A stretch of DNA of 64,000 nt, taken from NCBI RefSeq assembly GCF_009914755.1, contig NC_060933.1; one strand, 5' to 3'. The stretch's first letter is position 1. Every line of letters begins with the position of its first letter. The notes under the pieces are model-generated. The model was not told the DNA's origin. It made no database searches and saw only the letters and a program-made list of their open reading frames with translations. Source of the stretch: the human T2T-CHM13v2.0 reference genome, Homo sapiens. Made by a program: the position numbers and the translations under genes. This document shows positions 40,822 to 53,618 of the stretch, piece by piece.

Positions 40822-41050
40822 CATCATCCTTCCTAGAACATGGATATAATGGCTAGAGTTCTGGCAGCCATCTTGGCCCATGAAGATCAGAACCACAACC
40901 TAGGGATAGTGGATCACACAACAGGAAGGAGGAGCCACAGTCCCTGGTGATTCTCCCACATCATCATTGCCTTTTACTTAAAAGAATAAAACCTTTAAGT
41001 GTTAAAGCCACTTCTGAGTTGCCTTCACATTCAGATGAGTCTCACTGCAG
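40822..41050 (+). mobile_element. MaLR LTR fragment (MLT1J-like)
   Basis: atggctagagttctggcagccatcttggcccatgaag...aataaaacctttaagtgttaaagccact. Confidence 0.65.
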
Positions 41051-42394
41051 CCGATCTAAGTTGTTGGCACTAACCCCAATAGGGTTCAGGTTCAGGTTCA
41101 CCCAGCGTTTCTTTCTTTTACAGATGGCACAACTAGACTCAGAGAGGTAAAGTTATTCACCCATCATCACTCAGCTAGAGACTGGTAGGAATAAGACCCC
41201 AGCTCCTGGTCTCCACATCTACCCAAACCAGTTCTGAGTGTCTCCAAAGCTTGTTGAACATTCAAGGCTCTGTTTGGGATGTTCCTGGCAGCTGGCAAAG
41301 TTCTGACTCCCCCAGGCTATGTATTTGTACCAGAACATTCCCTGCTCTGTTTCTCTGCTTACCAAGTAAACAAGCGAAACAGAAGAGGGAAAATATTTTG
41401 GATGAATTGATGCTTTGCAGTTCAAAAACTTTTGTCTTATGCACACTCAAGCCTGTAGCCATGGAAACCCTCATTTCATTTCCTCAGACTGTCTCTTTGT
41501 GCACCATTCCTTCTTTTGGAGCTCAGAAGTTAGCAGCAACCATGGATTAAATATGTTCTGTAGAGCAGCAAGGTGGTATGATATTGCAAAGGATGTTGGT
41601 ATACAAGTCTATAACATGGAAGTGATGTTTTCATTACAGAGTTGTCTCAGATGGCTTGACTCTTCAGAAAGAGCCTTTCAGCCTCCTTGCCAGAAGAATT
41701 GTCAGCAGAGTCACTCAAGACAGAATCATCGCAGCTGCAATGTTAATAAACATTTTGTGCTGCAGGAGACGTGCTTGGTGTCCTTGCCCTACCACATTCC
41801 TTGCCCCAGGCAGCCTGCACTGCATTTGGCCTCTGCCAAAGGGCTAAGCCTAAGCCACCATATTTGAACTATGTGATGCTGCTTCCATGGTCTCAGGGGG
41901 TTGGACCATGGCTGGTCACCAGGTCCAGAGGAAGCCAACGTGTCAGTTAAGAAACTTTCTTTTGAGAATTTGAAGTAAGAGACACAGAGACTGTCCTTAA
42001 TCAATGGCAACCAAACTAAAAGGCCATGCAGCATTAGAACTGAAACAGACCTTTTTGACTTCGTACGGAATAATAATAAGAGAAAGCCCGTACAAAGAAG
42101 GTGGAGCCTGACTCAGAGAAAACCTGAAAAGAATCCACATGGTTCCAAAGAGAGAAAGAGAAAGAGAAAGCAGCAGCCTCGATTTTCAATGGCTTCCCAG
42201 TTTCCAGCCCCAGTTCCCACCAGGTGAGGCTGTGCTCCATTTCTAAGTGTGGTCTCAGGGCTCTTTTAGATGCTAGGGTCCAAATGGCTTTCTGCTCCTT
42301 GACACAATGATGCACCATCCAGCTTACAAATCATTTCCACCTCCATTGTCTTGATTGCTTTTTCTCATGCCTGGAAGACAAGAGACCAGGAATG

Positions 42395-42540
42395 ATGACC
42401 CTCGCTCATCTTTTACCAATAGGAAAACTGAGGCCCAGAGAACGGAGGTAACTTTTCCAAGATTATTCACCCAACTAGCTGTAAGGGAAAAAACCTGAAC
42501 TCGGGCCTTCTGACTCACGCTCTGATATTTTATCCACCTA
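42395..42540 (-). mobile_element. MIR SINE
   Basis: ggaaaactgaggcccagagaacggaggtaacttttccaag. Confidence 0.75.
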
Positions 42541-42721
42541 TATCAATGTGATCAAGAAAAACAAAAATTCTGAGTGAATGGGCCTGAAACACCCATGATT
42601 TCCTCAGGCACTTAAGGTTTCAAAAAGACGCAAGTGGATGTGGATTCTCAAGGTGAGAGGGACAAACCAGATCACTGAGGCCTATTTTGTTTTAATTATT
42701 GCCTTGTCTCTCTTTAAATCA

Positions 42722-43333
<612 letters not shown>

Positions 43334-43574
43334 TTTTCTGGATTGCAAGCACTGAGGCCAGAGTCATGTGCTATTCATCTTTCTACCTCTAATAGCAAGC
43401 ACAGAGGGGGTACTCAGGTGATCTGACTGATTAAATGGATTGGATAAAAAATCATCATTCTGGTCTTTATTCAAATGACATCTCCTCAGAGAGGTCTTCC
43501 CCTCACCACCTGTGGTTATCCTTCAATATCATCTTCCTATATTTTTCTATATAAAAAAAACCCCTGACTTTTAC

Positions 43575-43848
43575 CTAGATGTGTGACTACCTGAAATAAA
43601 GAAAATACTTTCCAGCCTCTCTAGATACGGCCATATGACAAAGTCCTGGCCAGGTGGATGAAGATAGAGGTAGTGTGTGCAACTTCCAGGAAATATCCCC
43701 CAAGAGAGCTGTGCCCTTGTCCCTTCCTTCTCTCCCTCCTGCTGACTAGGATGCAGATGTGATGGCCAGAGCTGGAACAGCCATATGGGGTCATAATACA
43801 CAAAGCACATATTGAAGATGGTGGAACAAGGGATAAAAGGAGCTAGGT
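43575..43848 (+). mobile_element. MLT1J-like LTR, 5' part (continues at about 50802-50880 after the L1)
   Basis: tttccagcctctctag...ggccatatgacaaagtcctggcca...gcagatgtgatggccagagctggaacagccat; resumes aaggagctgggtctctgatg. Confidence 0.8.
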
Positions 43849-43849
43849 T

Positions 43850-44681
43850 GCTCTGAAGAGAGCAGCGAATCTCCCAGTACAGCACTGGAGCTCTGCTAAG
43901 GGACAAACTGCCTCCTCAAGTGGGACCCTGACCCCCGTGCCTCCTGACTGGGAGACACCTCATACAGGAGAGCTCCAGCTGGCATCTGGAGGGTGCCCCT
44001 CTGGGATGAAGCTTCCAGAGGAAGGAACAGGCAGCAACCTTTGCTGTTCTGCAGCCTCCACTGGTGACACCCAGGCCAACAGGGTCTGAAGAGGGCCTCC
44101 AGAAAACTCCAGCAGACCTGTGGCAGAGGGGCCTGTTAGAAGGAAAACTAACAACCAGAAAGGAACAGCATCAACATCAACAAAAATGATGTCCACACAG
44201 AAAGCCCATCTGAAAGTCACCAACATCAAAGACCAAAGGTAGATGAATGCACAAAGATGATGAAAAAGCAGTGCAAAAAGGCTGAAAATTCCAAAAACCA
44301 GAATGCCTCTTCTCCAAAGGGTCACAACTCCTCGCCAGCAAGGGAACAAAACTGGACAGAGAATGAGTTTGACAAATTGACAGAAGTAGGCTTCAGAAGG
44401 TGGGTAATAACAAACTCATCACTCCTCCAAGCTAAAGGAGGATGTTCTAACCCAATGTAAGGAAGCTAAGAACCTTGAAAAAAGGTTAGAGGAATTGCTA
44501 ACTAGAATAACCAGGTTAGAGAAGAACATAAATGACCTGATGGAACTGAAAAACACAGCATGAGAACTTCATGAAACATACACAAGTATCAATAGCCAAA
44601 TAGATCAAGCAGAAGAAATGATATCAGAGATTAAGATCAACTTAATGAAATAAAGAGTGAAGACAAGATTAGAGAAAAAAG
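43850..44681 (+). mobile_element. L1PA7-like segment: distal 5'UTR and first part of ORF1 (outer head of composite L1)
   Basis: ORF 44257 MMKKQCKKAENSKNQNASSP...NEFDKLTEVGFRRWVITN is the L1 ORF1p N-terminus; breaks off at gattagagaaaaaag. Confidence 0.93.
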
Positions 44682-44785
44682 GGTTTTGAGAAGATGGCCA
44701 AATAGGAACAGCTCCAGTCTGCAGCTCCCAGCGTGATCAATGCAGAAGACGAGTGATTTCTGCATTCCCAACTGAGGTACCTGGC

Positions 44786-45118
44786 TCATCTCATTGGGAC
44801 TGGTTGGACAGTGGGTGCAGCCCACAGAGGGTGAGCTGAAGCAGGGCTGGACGTCACCTCACCTGGGAAGCACAAGGGGTCAGGGGATTTCCCTTTCCTA
44901 GCCAAGGGAAGCCATGACAGACTGCACCTGGAAAAACGGGGCACTTCCACCCAAATACTGTGCTTTTCCAATGGTCTTAAAAACCAGCAGACAAGGTGAT
45001 TCTCTCCCATGCCCGGCTCAGCGGGTCCCACACCCACGGAGCCTTGCTCACTTATAGCGCAGCAGTCTAAGATCGATCTGTGAGGCGGCAGCCTGGCTGG
45101 GGGAGGGGCATCTGCCAT
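44786..45118 (-). CDS. ORF0: LINE-1 antisense ORF0 homologue, open for 110 codons
   Basis: MADAPPPARLPPHRSILDCCAISEQGSVGVGPAEPG...FSRC aligns with L1HS ORF0 (MAGAPPPASLPPCSLISDCCASNQRDSVGVGPSEPG...FSRC); ATG in gcaATGG context; expression unknown. Confidence 0.6.
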   Translation of the reverse strand: MADAPPPARLPPHRSILDCCAISEQGSVGVGPAEPGMGENHLVCWFLRPLEKHSIWVEVPRFSRCSLSWLPLARKGKSPDPLCFPGEVTSSPASAHPLWAAPTVQPVPMR

Positions 45119-45698
45119 TGCTGAGGCTTGAATAGGTAAACAAAGCAGCCGGGAAGCTCGAACTGGGCAGAGCCTACCGCAGCTCAACAAGGCCTACTGC
45201 CTCTAGACTCCACCTCTGTGGGCAGGGCATAGCTGAACAAAATGCAGCAGACAACTTCTGCAGACTTAAACATCCCTGCCTGACAGCTCTGAAGAGAGCA
45301 GTGGTTCTCCCAACATGGTGTTTGAGCTCTGAGAACAGACAGACTTCCTCCTCAAGTGGGTCCCTGACCCCCGTGTAGCCTAACTGGGAGACATCTCCCA
45401 GTAGGGACCAACAGAAACTTCATATAGGCGGCTGCCCCTCTGGGATGAAGCTTCCACAGGAAGGATCAAGGAGCAGTATTTGCTGTTCTGCAGCCTCTGC
45501 TGGTGATACCCAGGCAAACAGCATCTGGAATGGACCTCCAGCAACTCCAACAGACCTGCAGCTGAGGGACCTGACTGTTAGAAGGAAAACTAACAAACAG
45601 AAAGGAATAGCATCAACATCAACAAAAAGGTCATCTACACCAAAACCCCATGTGTAGGTCACCAACATCAAAGACCAAAGGTAGATAAAACTACAAAG

Positions 45699-46724
45699 AT
45701 GGGAAGTAACCAGAGCAGAAAAGCTGAAAATTCTAAAAATCAGAGTGCCTCTTATCCTCCAAAGGATCACAGCTCCACGCCAGCAACGGAACAAAACTGG
45801 AAGGAGAATGACTTTGACGAGTTGACAGAAGGAGGCTTCAGAAATTCAGTAATAACAAACTTCTCTGAGCGAAAGGAGGATGTTCAAACCCATAGCAAGG
45901 AAGCTAAAAACCTTGAAAAAAGATTAGACAAATGGCTAATTAGAATAAACAGTGTAGAGAAGACCTTCAACGACCTGAGGGAGCTGAAAACCATGGCACA
46001 AGAACTTTGTGACGCATGCACAAGCTTCAATAGCTGATTCGATCAAGTGGAAGAAAGGGTATCAGTGATTGAAGATCAAATTAATGAAATAAAGTGAGAA
46101 AACAAGGTTAGAGAAATAAAGAGTAAAAAGAAATGAACAAAGCCTTCAAGAAATATGAGACTATGTGAAAAGACCAAATCTACATTTGATTGGTGTACCT
46201 GAAAGTGATGGGGAGAATGGAACCAAGTTGGAAAACACTCTGCAAGATATTATCCAGGAGAACTTCCCCAACCTAGCAAGTCAAGCCAACATTCAAATTC
46301 AGGAAATACAGAGACCACCACAAAGATACTCCTCAAGAAGAGCAACCCCAACACACAAAACTGTCAGATTCACCAAGGTTGAAATGAAGGAAAAAGTGTT
46401 AAGGGCAGCCAGAGAGAAAGGTCGAGTTACCCACGAAGGGAAGCCCATCAGACTAACAGCGGATCTCTCAGAAGAAGCCCTACAAGCCAGAAGAGAATGG
46501 GGACCAATATTCAACATTCTTAAAGAAAGAACTTTCAACCCAGAATTTCATATCCAGCCAAACTAAGCTTCATAAGTGAAAGAGAAATAAAATCCTTTAT
46601 AGACAAGCAAATGCTGAGAGATTTTGTCACCACCAGGCCTGCCCTAAAAGAGCTCCTGAATGAAGCACTAAACATGGAAAGAAACAACTGGTACCAGCCA
46701 TTGCAAAAACATGCCAAATTGTAA
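45699..46724 (+). pseudogene. L1 ORF1 (RNA-binding chaperone), disrupted
   Basis: MGSNQSRKAENSKNQ... and KRPNLHLIGVPESDGENGTKLENTLQDIIQENFPNL; in-frame stops and frameshifts. Confidence 0.95.
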
Positions 46725-46787
46725 AGACTATCGATGCTATGAAGAAACTGCATCAATTAACAGGCAAAATAACCAGCAAACATCATA

Positions 46788-49700
46788 ATGACAGGATCAA
46801 ATTCACACACAACAATATTAAACTTAAATGCAAATGGGCTAAATGCCCCAATTAAAAGACTGGCAAATTGGATAAAGAGTCCTATCAGTGTGCTGTATTC
46901 AGGAGACCCATCTCACATGCAAAGACACACATAGGCTCAAAATAAAGGGATGGAGGGATATTTACCAAGCAAATGGAAAGCAAAAAAAAGGCAGGGGTTG
47001 CAATCCTAGTCTCTGATAAAACAGACTTTAAACCAACAAAGATCAAAAAAGACAAAGCCATTATATAAAGGTAAAGGGATCAATGCAACAAGAAGAGCTA
47101 ACTATCCCAAATATGTATGCACCCAATACAGGAGCACCCAGATTTGTAAAGCAAGTTATTAAAGACCTACAAAGTGACTTGGACTCCTACAAAATAATAG
47201 TGGGAGACTTTAACACCCCACTGTCAATACTACACAGATCAACGAGACAGAAAATTAACAAGAATATTCAGAACTTGAACTCAGCTCTGGACCAAGTGGA
47301 CCTAATAGACATCTACCGAACTCTCCACCCCACATCAACAGAATACACATTCTTCTCAGCACCACATCACACTTATTCCAAAATTGACCACATAATTGGA
47401 AGTAAAACACTCCGCAGCAAATGCAAAAGAATGGAAATCATAACAAAGTCTCTCAGACCATAGTGCAATCAAATTAGAACTCAGGATTAAGAAACTCACT
47501 CGAAACCACACAACTACATAGAAACTGAACAACCTGCTCCTGAATGACTACTGGGTAAATAACAAAATTAAGGCAGAAATAAATAAGTTCTTTGAAACCA
47601 ATGAGAACAAAGACACAATGTACCAGAATCTCTGGGACACAGCTAAAGCAGTGTTTAAGGGAAATTTTACAGCACTAAATGCCCACAGAAGAAAGCAGGA
47701 AAGATCTAAAATCAACACCCTAACACCACAATTGAAAAAACTAGAGAAGCAGGAGCAAACAAATTCAAAAGCTAGCAGAAGATAAGAAACAACTAAGATC
47801 AGAGCAGAACTGAAGGAGATAAAGACACAAAAAAGCCATTCAAAAACATCAATGAATCCAGGAGCTTGTTTTTTTGAAAAGATCAACAAAATAGATAGAC
47901 CGCTAGCCAAACTAAAAAGAAGAAAAGAGAGAAGAATCAAATAGACACAATAAAAAAATGATAAAGGGGATATCACCACCGATCCCACAGAAATACAAAC
48001 TACCATCAGAGAATACCATAAACACCTCTACACAAATAAACTAGAAAATCCAGAAGAAATGGATAAATTCCTGGACACATACACCCTCCTAAGACTAAAC
48101 CAGGAGAAAGCTGAATCCGTGAATAGACCCATAGCAAGTTCTGAAACTGAGGCAGTAATAGCTTACCAACCAAAAAAAAAGCCCAGGACCAGACGGATTC
48201 ATAGCCTAATTCTACCATCAGAGGTACACGGAGGAGATGGTACCATTCCTTCTGAAACTATTCCAAACAATAGAAAAAGAGGGACTCCTCCCTAACTCAT
48301 TTTATGAGGCCAGCATCATCCCGATACCAAAACCTGGCAGAGACACAACAAAAAAAGAAAATTTCAGGCCAATATCCCTGATGAACATCAATGTGAAAAT
48401 CCTCAATAAAATACTGGCAAACCAAATCCAGCAGCACATCAAAAAGCTTATCCACCATAATCAAGTTGGCTTCATCCCTGGAATGCAAGGCTGGTTGAAC
48501 ATATGCAAATCAATAAATGTAATCCATCACATAAACATAACTAATGACACAAAACACATGATTATCTCAATAGATGCAGAAAAGGCCTTTGACAAAATTC
48601 AACACTCCTTCATGCTAAAAGCTCTCTATAAACTAGGTATTCATGGAATGTATCTCAAAATAATAAGAGCTATTTATGACAAACCCACAGACAATATCAT
48701 ACTGAAGGGGCAAAACCTGGAAGGATTCCCTTTGAAAACTGGCACACGACAAGGATGCCCTCTCTCACCACACATATTCAACATAGTATTGGAAGTTCTG
48801 GCCAGGGCAATTAGGCAGGAGAAGGAAATAAAGGGTATTCAGTTAGGAAAAGAGGAAATCAAATTGTCTCTGTTTGCACATGACATGATTGTATATTTGG
48901 AAAACCCCAGAGTCTCAGCCCCAAATTACCTTAAGCTGATAAGCAATTACAGCAAAGTCTCAGGATATAAAATCAATGTGCAAAAATCACAAGCATTCCT
49001 ATACACCAATAATAGATGAACAGAGAGCCAAATCATCAGTGAACTCCCATTCATGATTGGTACAAAGAGAATAAAATACACAGGAATACAAATTACAAGG
49101 GATAGGAAGGACCTCTTCAAAGAGAACTACAAACCACTGCTCAAGAAAATAGGAGAGCACACAAACAAATGGAAAACCATTCCATGCTCATGGATAGGAA
49201 GAATCAATACCATGAAAATGGCCATACTGCCCAAAGTAATTTATAGATTCAATGCTATCCCCATCAAACTGCCACTGACTTTCTTCACAGAATTAGAAAA
49301 AACTACTTTAAATTTCATATGGAACCAAAAAAGAGCCCATATAGCCAAGACAATCCTAAGCAAAAAAAACAAAAGCTGGAGGTATCACACTTCCTGACTT
49401 CAAACTATACTACAAGGCTACAGTAACCAAGACAGCATGGTACTGGTACCAAAACAGACATAAAGACCAATGGAACAGAACAGAGGCCTCAGAAATAACA
49501 CCACACATCTACAACCATCTGATCTTTGACAAATCTGACAAGAACAAGCAATGGGGAAAGGATTCCCTATTTAATAAATGGTGTTGGGGAAACTGGCTAG
49601 CCATATGCAGAAAACTGAGACTTGACCCCTTCCTTACACCTTATACAGAAATTAACTCAAGGTGGATTAAAGACTTAAACGTTAAGACCTAAAACCGTAA

Positions 49701-50578
49701 AAACCTAGGCAATACCATTCAGGACACAGGCATGGGCAAAGACTTCATGACTAAAACACCAAAAGCAATGGCAACAAAAGCCAAAATTGACAAATGGGAT
49801 CTAATTAAAGAGCTTCTGCACAACAAAAGAAACTATCATCAGAGTGAACAGGAAACCTACAGAATGCGAGAAAATTTTTGCAATCTATCCATCTGACAAA
49901 GGGCTAATACCCAGAATCTACAAAGAACTCCAACAAATTTACAAGAAAAAAACAACCCCATCAAAAAGAGAGCGAAGGATATGAATGGACACTTCTCAAA
50001 AGAAGACATTTATGTGGCCAACAGACATATGAAATAAAGCTCATCATCACTGGTCATTAGAGAAATGCAAATCAAAACCACAATGAAATACCATCTCACA
50101 CCAGTTAGAATGGCAATCATTAAAAAGTCAGGAAACAACAGATGCTAGAGAGGATGTGGAGAAAGAGGAATGCTTTTACACTGTTGGTGGGAGTGTAAAT
50201 TAGTTCAACCATTGTGGAAGACGGTGTGGTGATTCCTCAAGGATCTAGAACCAGAATATCATTTGACCCAGCAATCCCATTACTGGGTATATACCCAAAG
50301 GATTATAAATCATTCTAGTATAAAGACATACGCACACATATGTTTACTGCAGCACTGTTCACAATAGCAAAGGCTTGGAAACAACCCAAATGCCCATCGA
50401 TGATAGACTGGATAAAGAAAATGTGGCACATATACACCATGTAATACTATGCAGTCATAAAAAAGGATGAGTTCATGTCCTTTGCAGGGACATGGATGAA
50501 GCTGGAAACCATCATTCTCAGCAAACACAAGAACAGAAAACCAAACAGTGCATGTTCTCACTCATAAGTGGGAGCTGA
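46788..50578 (+). pseudogene. L1 ORF2 (endonuclease/reverse transcriptase), disrupted
   Basis: EN motifs YAPNTGAP, GDFNTPL, YSKIDH; RT motifs [28 protein letters not shown]; catalytic FADD mutated to FAHD; many frameshifts. Confidence 0.96.
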
Positions 50579-50974
50579 ACAATGAGAACACATGGACATA
50601 GGGAGGGGAACATCACACACCAGGGCCTGTTAGGGGGGGTGGGGGGCTAGGGGAGGGATAGCATTAGGAGAAATACCTAATGTTGATGACGGGTTGATGG
50701 GTGCAGCAAATCACCATGGCACATGTATTCCTATGTAACAAAACTGCACGTTCTGCACATGTATCCCAGAACTTAAGTATAATTTAAAAAGTTTTTTTAA
50801 AAAAAGGAGCTGGGTCTCTGATGATTTCAGAGCTACTTTAGCAGCAACAGACTGTTTGATTTTGCCTGAGAAAAGATATGTAATTCTAGCTGGTTCATTC
50901 TGCTGTCTGGGGGAAGGTTCTAAAAGAGCAAATTCTCATATTCTATCCTCTCATCTGGCTGTATTTTTATTACC

Positions 50975-51145
50975 ACTTACACTTAACATAATAACATCTA
51001 TTTCTTTGTTTAACTTGTTAATTATGTTTGTTCCCTATTAGATCATAAGCACCATGAGGTCAGGGACTTTGTTTTGCTCACAGTCATTTCTTACAAGAGT
51101 GTCTAGCATATAGAAGGTACTTAAAAAATATTTGTTGAACATGTA
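50975..51145 (+). mobile_element. L2 3' end
   Basis: tagatcataagcaccatgaggtcagggactttgttttgctcac...gtgtctagcatatagaaggtacttaaaaaatatttgttgaa. Confidence 0.85.
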
Positions 51146-52239
51146 GTGAAGTGGACTACATTGGTTTAAAAGTGAAAACTGAATTGACAACCTATACCCT
51201 GTTTCATACCAGCCATCATCAGCCAAATTTGCTCAATGCTTTCAACAAATTACCCCAAAGCTTTTGATCAAATGCAAATGAGCCAGGGCAAAAGAGGGAA
51301 AAACACTTTAGCAATCCAAAGGACTTGTCCCAAATTTACAAAGATCACAGGAAAGGAAAACAAAATCTGAAAATACATTTCCACTTCCAAAGGCAGCACT
51401 TGGACACAGTGGCCCTATTTGTACTCAGTGACAGCCAGATCCCAGGTCCAGGCAGGGCTCAGGGCACTGCAGCATGAGGAATCTCATGCATTCAGTCTGG
51501 CATTGCTGGGGAGTGTTGGATTCAAAGCTGGATTCTAAATAATGTGTTTTTTTTTTTTAATTGTTCAAGCCTTATTCTTAAAGGGAAGTGCTCCCTCCCC
51601 CATAAGAGGATAAGCCTGTGCCCAGAAAGTGAAGCCACCAAGCAACGCCTATCCTGGCCAAGTGGAAGCCCAAAAGACTTGACTCAGACCACCGTGGAAG
51701 GTGGCAATGCCCAAGGCACTGCAGGGCTCCTTCTCAAAGCAGTAGCAACAATTTTCCTAATTAACAGAGGAGGCCCCAGGGACCTGGAGAACCCCAGAAG
51801 AGGTAGGAAGCCCAGTTTAAAAGACTCCAAACTCACAATGCTGGCTGTACGTCCCAGGCCTGGAACTGGGGGCCCAAGCCAAGCCAGGACCTTTTCTAAA
51901 AGAACACTTGGAGTAGGGCATGGGGGGGATGGGAAAAGAAAGGTGGAGTGTGCTAAAATGCCACAGTAACTCTCAGAATAAACACCTGGCAGAATACCTC
52001 CACATCTGGAGCACATCAGAAGACTGCAATTACATTTGGCCAGGCCAAGTGCTCCACAGCTGCTACAGGGTAAAGGCAGGTAATTAAAAACAGCAAGTTG
52101 CCATGGTACAAAATTGGTCGCTGCTGAACAATTTGTGTGTTTGTCTTCAGAGCTAAAGTACTAGAATGAGTTATGTCTTTAGAGGGACAGGAAAGTGATT
52201 TCTCAAGACACCTAAATGGAGAGGAAATACAGGATAAAG

Positions 52240-52432
52240 GGAACTTATGAAGCACCTCCCCTGTGCCAGGTGCCACAAATGCACTTTTTTTTTTAATCCC
52301 CACCACCATCCTATAAATAGGAATTATTTTCCCCCTTCTCCAGACAAGGAGACAGAAGACCAGTGACATGCCAGAGCCAAGTGGCTCAGTCAACCTCCAA
52401 CCAAGATCTGACTCCAGAGCTGTTCTCTTTTC
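52240..52432 (-). mobile_element. MIR SINE
   Basis: gcacctccctgtgccaggtgcc...ttaatcccccaccaccatcctataaatagg...gatctgactccagagc. Confidence 0.75.
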
Positions 52433-53080
52433 CTTCTACCATCACCTCCCTGGTACGGGCCTGAAAATGCAAGTGTCATCAGGTGACAATGAGGCACAGG
52501 GAAAAGAATGTCAATGAGCCTGTAGACACGGGAAGACGCGGGCCCTCCAAGTTGTTTTCTGCAAGACGGCAATCATTTAACATACAGACACACACATTAA
52601 TAATCATCTGCTAAAGAAAGAGGCTTTGAGGCTTCATGAATATCAGCAAATGGCTCTTTGATTAAAAGGTGAAGGAAGGCTTTAGAAGGTGGTATTTCAT
52701 TGCACATTTGTGTGAGGGGCAGGGCCAAGAAGGAGCTTTGCCATTCAAGATCAGAGTGGGTGTCTGGTTGAAGAGAGGGATGATGTTCAAGGTCAGCCTC
52801 AGAAGCACAGGGGTGAAGATGACTCACAATTCCACTGACTGATCTCTCTGGCTGCACCTCACCCACCAGATCATCAGGCCCTTACTCTCTTCAGTGGGCT
52901 AGATGGTGGCCTCCAAAAAGATGTGTCCATGTCAAACCCCCAGGAACAGTAAGTGTTGCCTTCTTTGGAAAAAGGAAGGAACTTTGCAGATGGAACTAAG
53001 AATGTTGAGATAAGATCATCCTGCATTATCTGGGTGGGCCCAGAATCCAATGACAAGTGTCCTTTTAAGAAAAACAGTGA

Positions 53081-53375
53081 GGCTGGGCACAGTGGCTAAT
53101 GCCTGTAATCCCAGCACTTTGGGAGGCCAAGGCAGGTAGATCACCTGAGGTCAGGAGTTCAAGACCAGCCTGGCCAACATGACGAAACCCCATCTCTACT
53201 AAAAATACAAAAATTAGATGAGCATGGCGGTGCATGTCTGTAATCCCAGCTACTCGGGAGGCTGAGGTGGGAGAATCACTTGCACCCAGGAGGCGCAGTT
53301 TGCAGTGAACCCAGATGGCACCACTGTACTTCAGTCTGGGTGACAGAGTGAGACTTTGTCTCAAAAAAAAAAGAA
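53081..53375 (+). mobile_element. AluSx-like, full length
   Basis: gatcacctgaggtcaggagttcaagacc; TSD aagaaaaacagtg / aagaaaacagtg. Confidence 0.95.
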
Positions 53376-53387
53376 AAGAAAACAGTG

Positions 53388-53618
53388 GAGTAGAATGGGA
53401 GTCACCAGGGGTGGGGGAAGGGGGAGATGGAGCATCGCTGTTCAACAGATATAAAGTTTCCACCATGCAAGATGAGTGAGTTCTCCAGATCTGCCATACA
53501 ACATTATGCTTATAGTTAACTATACTGTACTGTACATTTAAAAATGTGTTAAGAGGGTAGATCTCATGTCATCTGTTCCTACCACAAGAAAGAAAGTGGG
53601 AGAGAGAGAGGAGAAGGA
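53388..53618 (+). mobile_element. 5'-truncated L1MA/L1MB 3' end
   Basis: gagtagaatgggagtcaccagggg...gatctgccatacaacattatg...gttaagagggtagatctcatg...ctaccaca with a purine-rich tail. Confidence 0.88.

Larger units (their letters stand above)
44682..50801 (+). mobile_element. Full-length L1PA6/L1PA7-type LINE-1, inactive
   Basis: 5'UTR start aagatggccaaataggaacagctcc (YY1 site), ORF1, ORF2, 3'UTR G-tract and A-rich tail; right TSD aaaaggagctgggt 50802-50815 matches 43835-43848. Confidence 0.97.

Noticed and set aside
48237-49019. 260-aa reverse-transcriptase ORF as a possibly active or domesticated RT
   Set aside because: Fragment of the disrupted L1 ORF2 with catalytic FADD changed to FAHD and flanked by frameshifts and stops
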